A stretch of 64,000 nt of DNA from Burkholderiales bacterium (GCA_025935675.1 JAICUU010000001.1:3935-67934); one strand, 5' to 3'. Shown: positions 17,640 to 29,266, counted from the first letter of the stretch. Numbers and translations are program-made. The notes: generated by a model from the sequence alone, not told the origin.

Positions 17640-17668
17640 TTGACATCCGGACACAAATGTCCGACAAT
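17640..17668 (+). promoter_or_regulatory. candidate sigma70 promoter of hicAB with embedded inverted repeat
   Basis: TTGACA (17640-17645), a 17-nt spacer, then GACAAT (17663-17668). The inverted repeat CGGACA-caaa-TGTCCG (17648-17663) lies in the spacer. The hicA ATG is 5 nt after the -10, which would imply a leaderless mRNA. Confidence 0.4.
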
Positions 17669-17672
17669 CGCC

Positions 17673-17888
17673 ATGCGGGGAAACGAATTGATCAGGAAGG
17701 TCGCAGTGCTCGCCAAGGAGAAGGGCGTTGACGTTCGCCTCGACAGGAAGCGCGGCAAGGGAAGTCATCAGACGCTCTATTTCGGGGACCGCAAGACAAT
17801 CATTCGCAACCCAAGGGACGAATTGAAGACCGGCACGTACTACGCGATGTTGAAGCAACTCGGCATCGACGAGAAGGACCTGAGGTGA
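17673..17888 (+). CDS. hicA: type II toxin HicA (mRNA interferase)
   Basis: 71 aa from ATG 17673 (the track ORF starts at TTG 17640). Translation is MRGNELIRKVAVLAKEKGVDVRLDRKRGKGSHQTLYFGDRKTIIRNPRDELKTGTYYAMLKQLGI, with the conserved G-S-H. The start is uncertain. Confidence 0.8.
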   Translation: MRGNELIRKVAVLAKEKGVDVRLDRKRGKGSHQTLYFGDRKTIIRNPRDELKTGTYYAMLKQLGIDEKDLR

Positions 17889-17892
17889 CGCG

Positions 17893-18456
17893 ATGAGCTC
17901 ATGCGCAAAATTAGTGGATTCCCCGGAGACGCTGGCGTATGCGGTCCTGATACGGCCGGCGAAGGGAGGCGGTTATGTCGTAACCTGCCGTGACCTGCCG
18001 GAGCTCATCACCCAAGGGGATTGTCTCGAACATGCGCTGGCCGAGGCGGTCGACGCGATGGACGAGGCGATCGCCGCACGGATGGACGACGGTGAGGATC
18101 TTCCCGCCGCGACTGCATCGCGCAAGGGGGAACACTTCGTCACGCCGAGCGCGGAATTGGGCGCAAAGGCGGCGCTCTACCTGGCGATGCGGGAAGCGGG
18201 CATGTCCAAGGCGGAACTCGCACGCAGGCTGCAAGTGGACGAAAAGGAAGTTCGTCGACTTCTCGACCCACGCCACCGGTCCAGGTTGCCGCGGATGGAC
18301 GAAGCGCTTCGCATCCTCGGCAAGCGGCTCGTGCTGAGTCTTTGCCCGATGATCGAGCCGGCCATCGCGGCGGCACATGGCCGCGATAGCCATGCACCGA
18401 CAACCACGCTGCACATCCGACGAACCAGCAAGGGTGCCCCGCTCAGCCGCGGATAG
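17893..18456 (+). CDS. hicB: type II antitoxin HicB with C-terminal HTH
   Basis: 187 aa. The N-terminal HicB fold is YAVLIRPAKGGGYVVTCRDLPELITQGDCLEHALAEAVDAMDEAI and the HTH is MSKAELARRLQVDEKEVRRLLD. There is an unusual tail of about 35 aa after LGKRLVLS. Confidence 0.8.
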   Translation: MSSCAKLVDSPETLAYAVLIRPAKGGGYVVTCRDLPELITQGDCLEHALAEAVDAMDEAIAARMDDGEDLPAATASRKGEHFVTPSAELGAKAALYLAMREAGMSKAELARRLQVDEKEVRRLLDPRHRSRLPRMDEALRILGKRLVLSLCPMIEPAIAAAHGRDSHAPTTTLHIRRTSKGAPLSRG

Positions 18457-18485
18457 GAGAGCCGGCCGGCAGCGCTCCTTCGACG

Positions 18486-19994
18486 TTACCCCATCACCGG
18501 CATGTGGAACCCCGGCGCCGCGCTGCCGTCGTCGGGCCAGCGTCCGGTGACGACCTTGGTGCGCGTATAGAAGCGCACCCCGTCGGTGCCGTGCACGTGC
18601 AGGTCGCCGAACAGCGAGTTGCGCCAGCCGCCGAACGAGAAGAACGCCATCGGCACCGGCACCGGCACGTTGACACCGACCATGCCGATGTCCACCTGCT
18701 GCTGGAAGCGCCGCGCGGCGTAGCCCGAGCGCGTGAAGATCGCCGCGCCGTTGGCGTACGGGTTGGCGTTGATCATCGCGATCGCGGCATCGAGCGACTC
18801 GATGCGCGACACCGCGAGCACCGGGCCGAAGATTTCCTCGCGGTACACGCTCATCTTCGTGTCGACGTTGTCGAACAGCGTCGGGCCGACGAAGAAGCCG
18901 CGCTCGCCGCCCTCGACCGCCGGCTTGCGGCCGTCGACGACCAGGGCCGCGCCCTCCTCGGCGCCCTTGTCGATCAGGCCGTGGATCCGATCGCGCGACG
19001 CGGAGGTGATGATCGGTCCCATCTCGACGCCCGCCTTGTCGCCGGGACCGGTGGTGACCTTGCGCGCGCGCTCCGCGAGCTTCGCCACCAGCGCGTCACC
19101 GACGTCGCCGATCGCGACCACCGCCGAGATCGCCATGCAACGCTCGCCGGCCGAGCCGTAGCCCGCGCCGATGATCGCGTCGGCCGCGTAATCGAGGTCG
19201 GCGTCCGGCATCACCACCGCATGGTTCTTTGCGCCGCCCAGCGCCTGCACGCGCTTGCCATGGCGCGCCGCCGTCTCGTAGATGTACTTGGCGATCGGCG
19301 TCGAGCCGACGAACGACACCGCGTGGATGCCGGGATGCGCGAGGATCGCGTCGACCGACTCCTTGTCGCCGTGCACGACGTTGAACACGCCGTCGGGCAG
19401 TCCCGCCTCCTTGAGGAGCTCGGCCATCCGCAACGCGAGCGTCGGATCGCGCTCCGACGGCTTCAGGATGAACGAGTTGCCGCAGGCGATCGCCACGGGG
19501 AACATCCACATCGGGACCATCGCCGGGAAATTGAACGGCGTGATGCCCGCGCACACGCCCACCGGCTGGCGCAGCGACCAGGTGTCGACGTCGGTGCCGA
19601 CGTTCTCGCCGAACTCGCCCTTGAGAAGATGCGGAATGCCGGTGGCGAACTCGACCACCTCGATGCCGCGCGTGATCGAGCCCTCGGCGTCGGCGAGCGT
19701 CTTGCCATGCTCGGCGGTGACGATCTTGGCGAGGTCTTTCTTGTGCGTGTCCATCAGGTCGCGGAATTTCATCAGCACTCGCGCGCGGCGCAGCGACGGC
19801 CACGCGCGCCAGCCCGGCAGCGCCGCCGCCGCGGCGGTGACTGCCGCGTCGACGTCGGCCGCATTGGCGAGCGGCACGTGGCGAAGCACCTCGCCGGTCG
19901 CGGGGTTGATCACCTCGCCGTAGCGCTTGGTGAGCGCCGGCACGGCGCGGCCGCCGATCCACAGCGGGAGGCGTTCGAGGGTGGTCAGGTCCAT
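18486..19994 (-). CDS. mmsA: CoA-acylating methylmalonate-semialdehyde dehydrogenase
   Basis: 502-aa aldehyde dehydrogenase with FPVAIACGNSFILKPSERDP and the catalytic GERCMA, typical of MmsA. Confidence 0.85.
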   Translation of the reverse strand: MDLTTLERLPLWIGGRAVPALTKRYGEVINPATGEVLRHVPLANAADVDAAVTAAAAALPGWRAWPSLRRARVLMKFRDLMDTHKKDLAKIVTAEHGKTLADAEGSITRGIEVVEFATGIPHLLKGEFGENVGTDVDTWSLRQPVGVCAGITPFNFPAMVPMWMFPVAIACGNSFILKPSERDPTLALRMAELLKEAGLPDGVFNVVHGDKESVDAILAHPGIHAVSFVGSTPIAKYIYETAARHGKRVQALGGAKNHAVVMPDADLDYAADAIIGAGYGSAGERCMAISAVVAIGDVGDALVAKLAERARKVTTGPGDKAGVEMGPIITSASRDRIHGLIDKGAEEGAALVVDGRKPAVEGGERGFFVGPTLFDNVDTKMSVYREEIFGPVLAVSRIESLDAAIAMINANPYANGAAIFTRSGYAARRFQQQVDIGMVGVNVPVPVPMAFFSFGGWRNSLFGDLHVHGTDGVRFYTRTKVVTGRWPDDGSAAPGFHMPVMG

Positions 19995-20072
19995 GGCGTT
20001 GCTCCGGTTACGTCGGCGCGTGGTGACGTCGAATCGGCGTCGCGCCGGCAGCGGGATTGAATCGATGTTGTA

Positions 20073-20690
20073 TCACGTTTGGCCGCCGCCGCGTTCGGCC
20101 TCCAGCAAGCGCGCCGCATAGCGCGCCATCATGTCCACTTCGAGATTGACGCGCGCGCCCGCCGCGAGCTCGCGCAGCGTCGTCACCGCCAGTGTGTGCG
20201 GGATCAGGTTGACGTCGAAGCGCGTGCCGGCGACGCCGTTGACGGTGAGGCTGACGCCGTCGATCGCGATCGAGCCTTTCGGCGCGATGAATCGCGCGAG
20301 CTCGTGCGGCGCGTCGACGTCGAGCCGCCAGTTGCGGCCGTCGTCGCCGGCGACCGGCGCGAACGCGATCACCGTGCCCGTGCCGTCGACGTGGCCTTGC
20401 ACGAGATGGCCGCCGAGCCGATCGGCGAGGCGCAGCGATTTCTCGAGATTGACGTCGGCGCCGAGGCGCAGGCCGGCGATCCGCGCCAGCGACTCGGCGG
20501 AGACGTCGAAGCGCATCAGCGGGCCATCGAGCGCCACGACGGTGAGGCAGCAGCCGTTGACCGCAACGCTGTCGCCGATCGCGATGTCGGCGACGTCGAG
20601 CGCGCGCCCATCGACGGCGATGCGGCGGCCCTCGCCGGCCGGCGCGTCGGCCACCACGCGCCCGACCGCCTGGATGATGCCGGTGAACAT
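20073..20690 (-). CDS. ribE: riboflavin synthase (alpha chain)
   Basis: 205 aa starting MFTGIIQAVGRV, within track ORF 20073..21365. It has two lumazine-binding repeats. The ATG overlaps the ribD stop (ATGA). Confidence 0.9.
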   Translation of the reverse strand: MFTGIIQAVGRVVADAPAGEGRRIAVDGRALDVADIAIGDSVAVNGCCLTVVALDGPLMRFDVSAESLARIAGLRLGADVNLEKSLRLADRLGGHLVQGHVDGTGTVIAFAPVAGDDGRNWRLDVDAPHELARFIAPKGSIAIDGVSLTVNGVAGTRFDVNLIPHTLAVTTLRELAAGARVNLEVDMMARYAARLLEAERGGGQT

Positions 20691-21874
20691 CAGCGTTGCG
20701 CCACGGTCGGCCCGAGCGCAAGCGGGTCGCCCGGCTCGCGCACGACGCGCGCGACGATGCGCAGGGCATCGCCGATCGGCTCGACGCTGCGAAACGCGAG
20801 ACGCACGCGCGCATCGAGTGCTGCGAGCGGCAACGCGCGCTCGGCCATGCCGCGCGCCGGATCGCCGATCAGCGACGGCGCGAGGTAGACGAGGAACTCG
20901 TCCACGAGCCCAGCGTCGACCAGCGCGCCGACGAGCTTGGCGCCCGCCTCGACGTGGATCTCGTTGATGCCGCGCGCGGCGAGCGTGCGCATCATGCCCG
21001 GGAGATCGACCTTGCCGTTGCCGTCCGGCAGCTCGAGCACGTCGACACCCGCCGATGCGCGGTCGCGGCCTCCGGACGCCGTGACCATCAACGCGTTGCC
21101 GCCGGCCAGCACGCGCGCCGACGGCGGCGTCGCGGCATGGCGATCGACGACGATGCGCAGCGGCTGGCGCGGCGTCGGCACGTCGCGCACCGTCAGTTGC
21201 GGGTCGTCTTTCGCCACCGTGCCGACACCCGTGAGGATCGCGCAGGCGCGCGCGCGCCACGCGTGGCCATCGGCACGCGCCGCTGCACCGGTGATCCACT
21301 GGCTCTCGCCGCTCGCGAGCGCGGTGCGGCCATCGAGCGACGCGGCGAGCTTGACACGCACCCACGGCATGCCGCGCACGACACGGGCGATGAAGCCGAC
21401 GTTGAGCTCCTGCGCCGCGTCCTCCGCGATACCCTCGGTGACCGCGATGCCCGCCGCCGCCAACGTCGCGGCGCCGCCGGCGGCCACCGCGTGGGGATCG
21501 CGCATCGCGAACACCACGCGCGCGACGCCGGCGTCGATGAGCGCGCGCGTGCAGGCTCCCGTGCGTCCCTGATGATTGCAGGGCTCGAGGTTGACGTAGA
21601 CGGTCGCGCCGCGCGGGTCATGGCCGCGGGCGCGCGCGTCGTCGAGCGCGGCCACCTCGGCATGCGCTTCGCCGGGCCGGCGGTGGAAGCCCTCGCCGAG
21701 GATCTCACCGCCGCGCGCCACGACGGCGCCGACGCGCGGGTTGGGCGTGGTGGTGTAGATGCCGCGTGCGGCGAGCTCGAGCGCGCGCGCCATGAACGCG
21801 AGGTCCGTGCTGACCTGGTCCTGCGGCGTGGCAGCCGACGCCGCCATGCCGGCGTTCGCTGGCGACGCGGCCAT
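20690..21874 (-). CDS. ribD: bifunctional riboflavin biosynthesis deaminase/reductase RibD
   Basis: 394 aa with deaminase zinc motifs HAEVAAL and PCNHQGRTGAC, plus a reductase domain. The start overlaps the nrdR stop. Confidence 0.9.
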   Translation of the reverse strand: MAASPANAGMAASAATPQDQVSTDLAFMARALELAARGIYTTTPNPRVGAVVARGGEILGEGFHRRPGEAHAEVAALDDARARGHDPRGATVYVNLEPCNHQGRTGACTRALIDAGVARVVFAMRDPHAVAAGGAATLAAAGIAVTEGIAEDAAQELNVGFIARVVRGMPWVRVKLAASLDGRTALASGESQWITGAAARADGHAWRARACAILTGVGTVAKDDPQLTVRDVPTPRQPLRIVVDRHAATPPSARVLAGGNALMVTASGGRDRASAGVDVLELPDGNGKVDLPGMMRTLAARGINEIHVEAGAKLVGALVDAGLVDEFLVYLAPSLIGDPARGMAERALPLAALDARVRLAFRSVEPIGDALRIVARVVREPGDPLALGPTVAQR

Positions 21875-22344
21875 CAGCGCCGCGCGCGGCGTGCCGGCGC
21901 CTCGACTTCCTTGATCGCGTCGCGGAAGTCGGAGACGTCCTCGAACGCGCGGTAGACCGACGCGAAGCGGATGTACGCGACCTTGTCGAGCTTCTTCAGC
22001 TCGTCCATCACGCGCTCGCCGATGTCGCGCGACGGGATCTCGCGCTCGCCGAGCGACAGCACGTGCTGGACGATGCGCTTGATCGACGCGTCGACGTATT
22101 CGGTGGGCACCGGCCGCTTGTGCAGCGCGCGCTGGAAGCCGACGCGGATCTTCGACTCGTCGAAGTCGGCGCGCGAGCCGTCGGACTTGACGACCTGCGG
22201 CAGCCGCAGCTCGGCGTTCTCGTAGGTGGTGAAGCGCTTCTGGCAGCTCGCGCAGCGCCGGCGGCGGCGGATCGCGTCGCCCGCTTCCGACACACGCGAG
22301 TCGATCACCTGGGTGTCGGGGCTGGCGCAGAACGGGCAGTTCAT
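21874..22344 (-). CDS. nrdR: transcriptional repressor NrdR
   Basis: 156 aa with a zinc ribbon [17 protein letters not shown]...CASC and an ATP-cone. Confidence 0.95.
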   Translation of the reverse strand: MNCPFCASPDTQVIDSRVSEAGDAIRRRRRCASCQKRFTTYENAELRLPQVVKSDGSRADFDESKIRVGFQRALHKRPVPTEYVDASIKRIVQHVLSLGEREIPSRDIGERVMDELKKLDKVAYIRFASVYRAFEDVSDFRDAIKEVEAPARRARR

Positions 22345-22368
22345 CGCGGGGATGAAGCGCGGCGGGAT

Positions 22369-23616
22369 TCAGCGGTAGACGGGGTGCTTCGACGTGAGCT
22401 CGGCCACCGACTTCTTCGTCGCGCGTGTCACGCCCTCGTCGGCGGGCGCGTCGAGCACGTCGGCGATGAGATGCGCGAGCGCCTCGCTGTCGAGCTCGCC
22501 GAAGCCGCGCGTGGTGATCGCCGGACTGCCGATACGGATGCCCGACGTCACGAACGGCTTCTCGGGATCGTTGGGGATCGCGTTCTTGTTGACGGTGATG
22601 TGCGCGCGCGACAGCGCCGCCTCGGCGTCCTTGCCGGTGATCTTCTTGGCGCGCAGGTCGACGAGGAACATGTGCGAGTCGGTACCGCCCGAGACGATGC
22701 GCAGTCCGCGATCCTGCAGCACGCGCGCCAGCACGCGCGCGTTCTCGAGCACGCGCTCCTGGTAGACGCGGAAGTCGTGCTTCAGCGCCTCGCCCAGCGC
22801 CACCGCCTTGGCCGCGATCACGTGCATCAGCGGGCCGCCCTGCAGGCCCGGAAACACCGCGGAGTTGATCGCCTTCTCGTGGTCGGCGTTGGCGAGGATG
22901 AGGCCGCCGCGCGGGCCGCGCAGCGTCTTGTGGGTGGTCGTCGTCACGTAGTCGGCGATGCCGACCGGCGACGGGTACACACCGGCGGCGACGAGGCCCG
23001 CGTAATGCGCCATGTCAACCATCAGCGGCGCGCCCACCTCGTCGGCGATCGCCTTGAAGCGGCGCCAGTCGATGACCCGCGAGTACGCCGACGCGCCGGC
23101 GATGACGAGCTTGGGCTTGTGCTCGCGCGCGAGGCGCTGCGCCGCGGCATAGTCGATCAGCTCGGTGTCCGGCTCGAGGCCGTACGCGACCACGTTGAAC
23201 CACTTGCCCGACTGGTTGACCGGCGAACCGTGGGTCAGGTGCCCCCCGTGCGGCAGGCTCATGCCGAGCACCGTGTCGCCGGGCTTGAGCGCCGCGAAGA
23301 AGATGGCCTGGTTCGCCTGGGCGCCCGAATGCGGCTGCACGTTGGCGTAGCCGGCGCCGAACAATCGTTTCGCACGGTCGATCGCCAGCGACTCGGCGAT
23401 GTCGACGTATTCGCAGCCGCCGTAGTAGCGCTTGCCGGGATAGCCTTCCGCGTACTTGTTGGTGAGCTGCGAGCCCTGCGCCGCCAGCACCGCGGGCGAC
23501 GCATAGTTCTCCGAGGCGATGAGCTCGATGTGCTCTTCCTGCCGACGGTTCTCGCCGGCGATCGCCTGCCACAGCTCGGGGTCGGCCTTGTCGAGGGTGA
23601 GCGTGCGCGAAAACAT
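22369..23616 (-). CDS. glyA: serine hydroxymethyltransferase
   Basis: 415 aa from ATG 23616 within track ORF 22369..24303. Translation begins [38 protein letters not shown], and the PLP site is [14 protein letters not shown]. Confidence 0.95.
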   Translation of the reverse strand: MFSRTLTLDKADPELWQAIAGENRRQEEHIELIASENYASPAVLAAQGSQLTNKYAEGYPGKRYYGGCEYVDIAESLAIDRAKRLFGAGYANVQPHSGAQANQAIFFAALKPGDTVLGMSLPHGGHLTHGSPVNQSGKWFNVVAYGLEPDTELIDYAAAQRLAREHKPKLVIAGASAYSRVIDWRRFKAIADEVGAPLMVDMAHYAGLVAAGVYPSPVGIADYVTTTTHKTLRGPRGGLILANADHEKAINSAVFPGLQGGPLMHVIAAKAVALGEALKHDFRVYQERVLENARVLARVLQDRGLRIVSGGTDSHMFLVDLRAKKITGKDAEAALSRAHITVNKNAIPNDPEKPFVTSGIRIGSPAITTRGFGELDSEALAHLIADVLDAPADEGVTRATKKSVAELTSKHPVYR

Positions 23617-23778
23617 GCGAGGGCGGTTGCCGGAGGGAGCGACGATTCTAGCATTGCAGCGCACCATGGCGCCGTGCGCGGTCCGCGCGGCGTGCCTGAT
23701 TCCCTTATAATCGGCGCGGGCCGAAGACGCGCCCGATCGAGACGGCGCCACGACCGTCGAATCCGGAGGAGCCCTCGC

Positions 23779-24396
23779 TTGAATGCCCTGCTCGGTGTCT
23801 CGCGCGTCATCGACGCGCTGAGCGAACGGATCGGCCGCGTGATCGCGTGGCTCGTGCTCATCACCGTGCTGATCAGCGCGGCGAACGCGACCGTCCGCAA
23901 GCTCTTCGACTACAGCTCGAACTCGTATCTCGAGATCCAGTGGTACCTGTTCTCGGCGGTCTTCCTCGTCGGTGCAGGCTACACGCTGCTGCGCAACGAG
24001 CACGTGCGCATCGACATCATCTCGTCGCGCCTGTCGGCGCGCGCGCGCAACTGGATCGACGTCATCGGACTGGTGTTCTTCCTGTTCCCGATGTGCTTCA
24101 TCGTCATGTGGCTGTCGTGGCCGCTGCTCGAGGACTCGTACGTCCGTCATGAGGTATCGAGCAACGCGGGCGGATTGATCATCTGGCCGGCGCGGCTTCT
24201 GGTGCCCGTCGGCTTCTTCCTGCTGATCCTGCAGGGCGCCTCCGAGCTCATCAAGCGCTGCGCGTTCCTCGCGGGCCGCATACCCGATCCGCTCGAGAAG
24301 CACGCCGGCAAGTCTGCGGAAGAGGAGCTCGCCGAGGAGATCGCGCGCCAGCGCTCCATCGACGTAGGCGACACCGGTGCGGGGGGCAAGCCATGA
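23779..24396 (+). CDS. dctQ: TRAP transporter small permease (DctQ family)
   Basis: TTG start at 23779, preceded by GGAGGA (23765-23770), in frame with track ORF 22063..24396. It is a four-TM protein beginning [37 protein letters not shown]. It overlaps the dctM start. Confidence 0.8.
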   Translation: MNALLGVSRVIDALSERIGRVIAWLVLITVLISAANATVRKLFDYSSNSYLEIQWYLFSAVFLVGAGYTLLRNEHVRIDIISSRLSARARNWIDVIGLVFFLFPMCFIVMWLSWPLLEDSYVRHEVSSNAGGLIIWPARLLVPVGFFLLILQGASELIKRCAFLAGRIPDPLEKHAGKSAEEELAEEIARQRSIDVGDTGAGGKP

Positions 24397-26201
24397 CCGC
24401 CTTCATCATCGCCAACATGCCGCCACTGATGTTCGTGGCGCTGATCGTCGTGCTGCTGCTGGGCTTCCCGGTGGCGTTCTCGCTCGGCGCGGTCGGCATC
24501 GGCTTCGGCTTTCTCGGCATCCATTTCGGCCTGCTCGACTTCTCGCTCTTCCAGGCGCTGCCCGACCGCGTCTGGGGCGTGATGTCGAACGACACGCTGC
24601 TGGCGGTGCCGTTCTTCACCTTCATGGGGCTGATCCTCGAGCGATCGGGCATGGCCGAGGACCTGCTCGACACCATCGGCCAGCTGTTCGGGCCGATGCG
24701 CGGCGGACTCGCGTACGCGGTGATCTTCGTCGGCGCGCTGCTCGCCGCCACCACCGGCGTCGTCGCCGCGAGCGTGATCTCGATGGGCCTCATCTCGCTG
24801 CCGATCATGCTGCGCTACGGGTACGACCGGCGCGTCGCGAGCGGCGTCATCGCCGCCTCGGGTACGCTCGCGCAGATCATCCCGCCGTCGCTCGTGCTCA
24901 TCATCATGGCCGACCAGCTCGGGCGCTCGGTCGGCGACATGTACGCGGGCGCGTTCATCCCGGGCATCACGCTCGCCGGCCTCTACGCGCTCTACATCGC
25001 CGGCGTCACCGCGTTCCGGCCGTCGTACGCGCCGGCGCTGCCGCCCGAGGCGCGCAAGATGCGCGAGGCGAGCGGCGCGAGCGGCGTCAAGTCGCTGCTC
25101 GTGCTGACGGTCGTCGCGATCGCCAGCGCGGTCCTCTACGCCAAGCTGCGGATGGCCGATCGCGCGCTCGACGAGACGATCGTCGTGTCGACGTCGGTCG
25201 GTGCAGGCGTCGCGTTCTTCGCCGCGGTGATCAATCGCCTGCTCAAGCTCGGCCTGCTGTCGCAGATCGCTGAGCGCGTGACGTTCGTGATGATCCCCCC
25301 GCTGGCGCTGATCTTCCTCGTGCTCGGCACGATCTTCCTCGGCGTCGCGACGCCGACCGAAGGTGGCGCGATGGGCGCATCGGGCGCGCTGATCATGGCG
25401 ATCGCACGCCGCAAGCTCTCGCTGTCGTTGCTGCGCCAGGCGATGGACACGACCGCCAAGCTGTCGACGTTCGTGGTGTTCATCCTGGTCGGCGCGCGCG
25501 TGTTCAGCCTCACGTTCTACGGCGTCAACGGCAACGTCTGGGTCGAGCACCTGCTGACGAGCCTGCCCGGCGGCCAGCTCGGCTTCCTGATCGTCGTCAA
25601 CATCCTGATCTTCGTCCTCGCCTTCTTCCTCGACTTCTTCGAGCTGTCGTTCATCATCATCCCGCTCGTGGGTCCGGTCGCGGACAAGCTCGGCATCGAC
25701 CTGATCTGGTTCGGCGTGCTGCTCGCGGTGAACATGCAGACGTCGTTCATGCACCCGCCGTTCGGCTTCGCGCTGTTCTACCTGCGCAGCGTCGCGGCGA
25801 CCAAGGACTACATCGACAAGCAGACCGGCAAGCTGATCGCGCGCGTGACCACTGGCCAGATCTACTGGGGTGCGATCCCGTTCGTGCTGCTGCAGGTCGT
25901 GATGGTGGGGCTCGTGATCGCGTTCCCGCAGATGGTGCTCGTCTACAAGGCCGGCGAGAGCAAGATCAATCCCAACACCATCCACATCGAGGTGCCGGTC
26001 GACGCGCCGTCGCTGACCGGCAAGGGCAATCCCGCCAACTCCGAGCAGGAGCAGGCCGAGCAGGCGCTCGACAAGATATTCGGCGAGCCGGACAAGGGCG
26101 CCACGCCGTCACCCGGCGGTACGGCATCGCCGAAGCCTGCGCCGGATACCCCTGCCAGCGATGCCGGCGCGCCACAGTCCGGCGCGCCGCCACCCAAGTA
26201 A
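24393..26201 (+). CDS. dctM: TRAP transporter large permease (DctM family, long COG4664-like form)
   Basis: 602 aa; [39 protein letters not shown] is typical of DctM. It has an extra internal TM pair and a low-complexity tail. Confidence 0.9.
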   Translation: MTAFIIANMPPLMFVALIVVLLLGFPVAFSLGAVGIGFGFLGIHFGLLDFSLFQALPDRVWGVMSNDTLLAVPFFTFMGLILERSGMAEDLLDTIGQLFGPMRGGLAYAVIFVGALLAATTGVVAASVISMGLISLPIMLRYGYDRRVASGVIAASGTLAQIIPPSLVLIIMADQLGRSVGDMYAGAFIPGITLAGLYALYIAGVTAFRPSYAPALPPEARKMREASGASGVKSLLVLTVVAIASAVLYAKLRMADRALDETIVVSTSVGAGVAFFAAVINRLLKLGLLSQIAERVTFVMIPPLALIFLVLGTIFLGVATPTEGGAMGASGALIMAIARRKLSLSLLRQAMDTTAKLSTFVVFILVGARVFSLTFYGVNGNVWVEHLLTSLPGGQLGFLIVVNILIFVLAFFLDFFELSFIIIPLVGPVADKLGIDLIWFGVLLAVNMQTSFMHPPFGFALFYLRSVAATKDYIDKQTGKLIARVTTGQIYWGAIPFVLLQVVMVGLVIAFPQMVLVYKAGESKINPNTIHIEVPVDAPSLTGKGNPANSEQEQAEQALDKIFGEPDKGATPSPGGTASPKPAPDTPASDAGAPQSGAPPPK

Positions 26202-26327
26202 ATTCGCGGCGGACGTTGCCCGGCCGGACCAGGCGACATGGGCCGAGCGGCATCGCGCCGAAGCGACGCAGGAGCGGCACGGTCGGCGAGCATCGTCCGC
26301 CGTCCGCCGCACCGTCGGCGACACATG

Positions 26328-26358
26328 AAAAAAGCCCCGCCGAAGCGGGGCTTTTTTT
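26328..26358. terminator. bidirectional Rho-independent terminator between convergent dctM and dctP
   Basis: AAAAAA-GCCCCGC-CGAA-GCGGGGC-TTTTTTT. Confidence 0.8.
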
Positions 26359-26373
26359 CTCGCAAGGGCGCGC

Positions 26374-27474
<1,101 letters not shown>

Positions 27475-27628
27475 TCCTCTCTCCTCCTCGAAAGTAAAGC
27501 GGCCGTCGGAACCGGCCATGCTGTTCGCGTCCGGAAGGCTCGCGTGTCGCGACCCGCCCTGCGAGGACCCGGCGCAAATCGACGCCGATTCTAGCAGGCC
27601 GGTGGCCGCGTCGCGGACCGCCCGGCGG

Positions 27629-29266
27629 TCAGGACGAGAGCTTGCGGACCGCGCTGAAAAGACCCCAGGCCCAGCCGGCCTGGCGCTCGATGATCTCGGT
27701 GAAGCGGATGAGGTAGCGCGCGTTGCCGGTGTCGAGCTCGACCATGCCGGCGTGCGTGAAGCGCTCCTCGGGACCGACGAGGCTGCGCTGCGTGGCCTGG
27801 CGATTCTCGATGTGCGCGGGCAGGTAGATGCCGAAGAACGGGCGGTCGCCGCCCGCGGTGACGCCGACGCTGGTCGGCGGCGACCAGCTTCGCATCAGCA
27901 CGCGCACGAGGCGCCGGGCGATGATCTCGACGCCGACGGTGACCTCGTCGACCTGCTGGCGCTGCATCCGCCGCACGATGCCGAGCAGCCAGTCGTCGCC
28001 GTCGCGCACGCCGATCAGCTCCCCCAGGCGCACCGGCGCCTCGCGCACCGGCGCGATCAGGCGGCAGCCGGATTCGCTGCGATCGGCCACCTTCCACATC
28101 GTGCCGCGGATGCGCCGCATGACGCTCTCGGGGTTGACCTGCGGCGACTCCATCTGCGTCACCTCGTCGTACGCGGCCCTGACGCCCGGCGTGCGTGCCT
28201 CGGCCGGCAGGCGCTCGATCTCGGCGACGGCGCGCGTCAGCGCCTGCAGGCCGACGACGACGCGGACGTCGCCTTCGGAGCGCACGCGCGCGGCGCGCGG
28301 CGCCTGCGCCAGCGCTTCGGGACCGAACAGCGCCGCGAGCCGCATCAGCAGGAGCTTCTGCTCGCGCGCCGGCAATTCGCCCGGCTTCGCCGGCGCGTCG
28401 TCGTCCTGGTCGGGCAACCAGCGCATCTGCTCGACGACCCGCGTATAGACGGGACTGGTGTCGAGGTACTGGACGCGGCCGCCCTGCTGCTGGCGCTCGC
28501 GCCGCCGCAAGCCCTGCATCCCCGAATAGTCGACGCAAAAGCCCGCGCCTTCGCCGGCGGTCGAATGCAGCGCGAGCGACGGCGTCCAGTCCTCGAGCTG
28601 ACGCGACACCCACTCGACCTGGTCCGGCGTGAAGTTGCCGGAATCGAGGCGGCACAGCATCAGCGTCTTGATGTATTCCTGCTCGAACGACACGCTCGAC
28701 TTGGCGAAGCCGCTGGCGCCCAGCACGAGTTGCTCGCGCTGCCAGCCGCGCATCCGCGCGAACTCGGCGAGCTCGTGGTATTCGCGCCATTGCCCCGGGA
28801 TCCAGTGGCTGTAGCGGAACAGCCGGTACTTGGCGTCGAGACCTTTGTAGTGCGCGAGGCGCACGACGACCCACGGCAAAATCGCGCGCCAGCGCTTCTG
28901 CTCGGCACGCGGATAGCCGGCTTTCAGCGCATTCTGGTACGCGGCGATGAACGCCTTGATGAGGTCGAAGCCGGCGTGCCAGAGGCGCGACTCGACAGAC
29001 GAGCTCTTCTGGTAGTTGTCGCAATACTGCTGCGTGAAATGCGCGATCACCGATTCCATCCGCGCATCGACGCGCAGCAGCGCGTCCACCTGGTTGGGCC
29101 CCGCTTCCTTGCGCGCGCCGGGGAAGTTCGCGACGAGCTCGAGCGCCTCCTTCTGCGAGCCCATCGGATCGGCCGGCGCGAGCTGCGCGAGCCAGCGGCC
29201 GGCGAGCTTGGGGTTGCGCAGCGGGTCGTTGAGACCGCGGATCCACTGCATCGTCGGCTCGATCAT
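27629..29266 (-). CDS. conserved hypothetical protein with C-terminal PilZ-like motif
   Basis: 545 aa from ATG 29266 (MIEPTMQWIRGLNDPLRNPK) within track ORF 27629..30067. The C-terminal MRRIRGTMWKVADRSESGCRLIAP resembles the PilZ DxSxxG element, but the RxxxR element and spacing are not canonical. Confidence 0.6.
   Translation of the reverse strand: MIEPTMQWIRGLNDPLRNPKLAGRWLAQLAPADPMGSQKEALELVANFPGARKEAGPNQVDALLRVDARMESVIAHFTQQYCDNYQKSSSVESRLWHAGFDLIKAFIAAYQNALKAGYPRAEQKRWRAILPWVVVRLAHYKGLDAKYRLFRYSHWIPGQWREYHELAEFARMRGWQREQLVLGASGFAKSSVSFEQEYIKTLMLCRLDSGNFTPDQVEWVSRQLEDWTPSLALHSTAGEGAGFCVDYSGMQGLRRRERQQQGGRVQYLDTSPVYTRVVEQMRWLPDQDDDAPAKPGELPAREQKLLLMRLAALFGPEALAQAPRAARVRSEGDVRVVVGLQALTRAVAEIERLPAEARTPGVRAAYDEVTQMESPQVNPESVMRRIRGTMWKVADRSESGCRLIAPVREAPVRLGELIGVRDGDDWLLGIVRRMQRQQVDEVTVGVEIIARRLVRVLMRSWSPPTSVGVTAGGDRPFFGIYLPAHIENRQATQRSLVGPEERFTHAGMVELDTGNARYLIRFTEIIERQAGWAWGLFSAVRKLSS

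Noticed and set aside
23617-23778. Riboswitch (ZTP/THF-type) in the glyA leader
   Set aside because: Reading the minus-strand leader, I could not find the conserved ZTP pseudoknot core (GGGUCGUGAC...CCGGGCGCCUGGGC-like) or another motif I recognise. A covariance-model scan would be needed to be certain.
24147-25985. 612-aa minus-strand ORF opposite dctM. Similar cases are 31305..33587, 38218..40305, 40352..42625, 43565..45553, 49375..51657, 51684..53558, 55863..56966, 56896..58290, 58955..60079, 60542..61804 and 61626..63488
   Set aside because: All are antisense or alternate-frame shadows of strongly supported genes (mog/gltS-family, typA, rhlE, gsiAB, valS, DAHP synthase, lptFG, ispB, ABC importer), with Arg/His/Asp-rich nonsense composition.
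25941-26201. About 85-aa Pro/Ala/Gly/Ser-rich C-terminal tail of DctM as a functional domain
   Set aside because: The low-complexity sequence continues to the first available stop in GC-rich DNA. It has no motif and is probably a disordered extension of no special significance.
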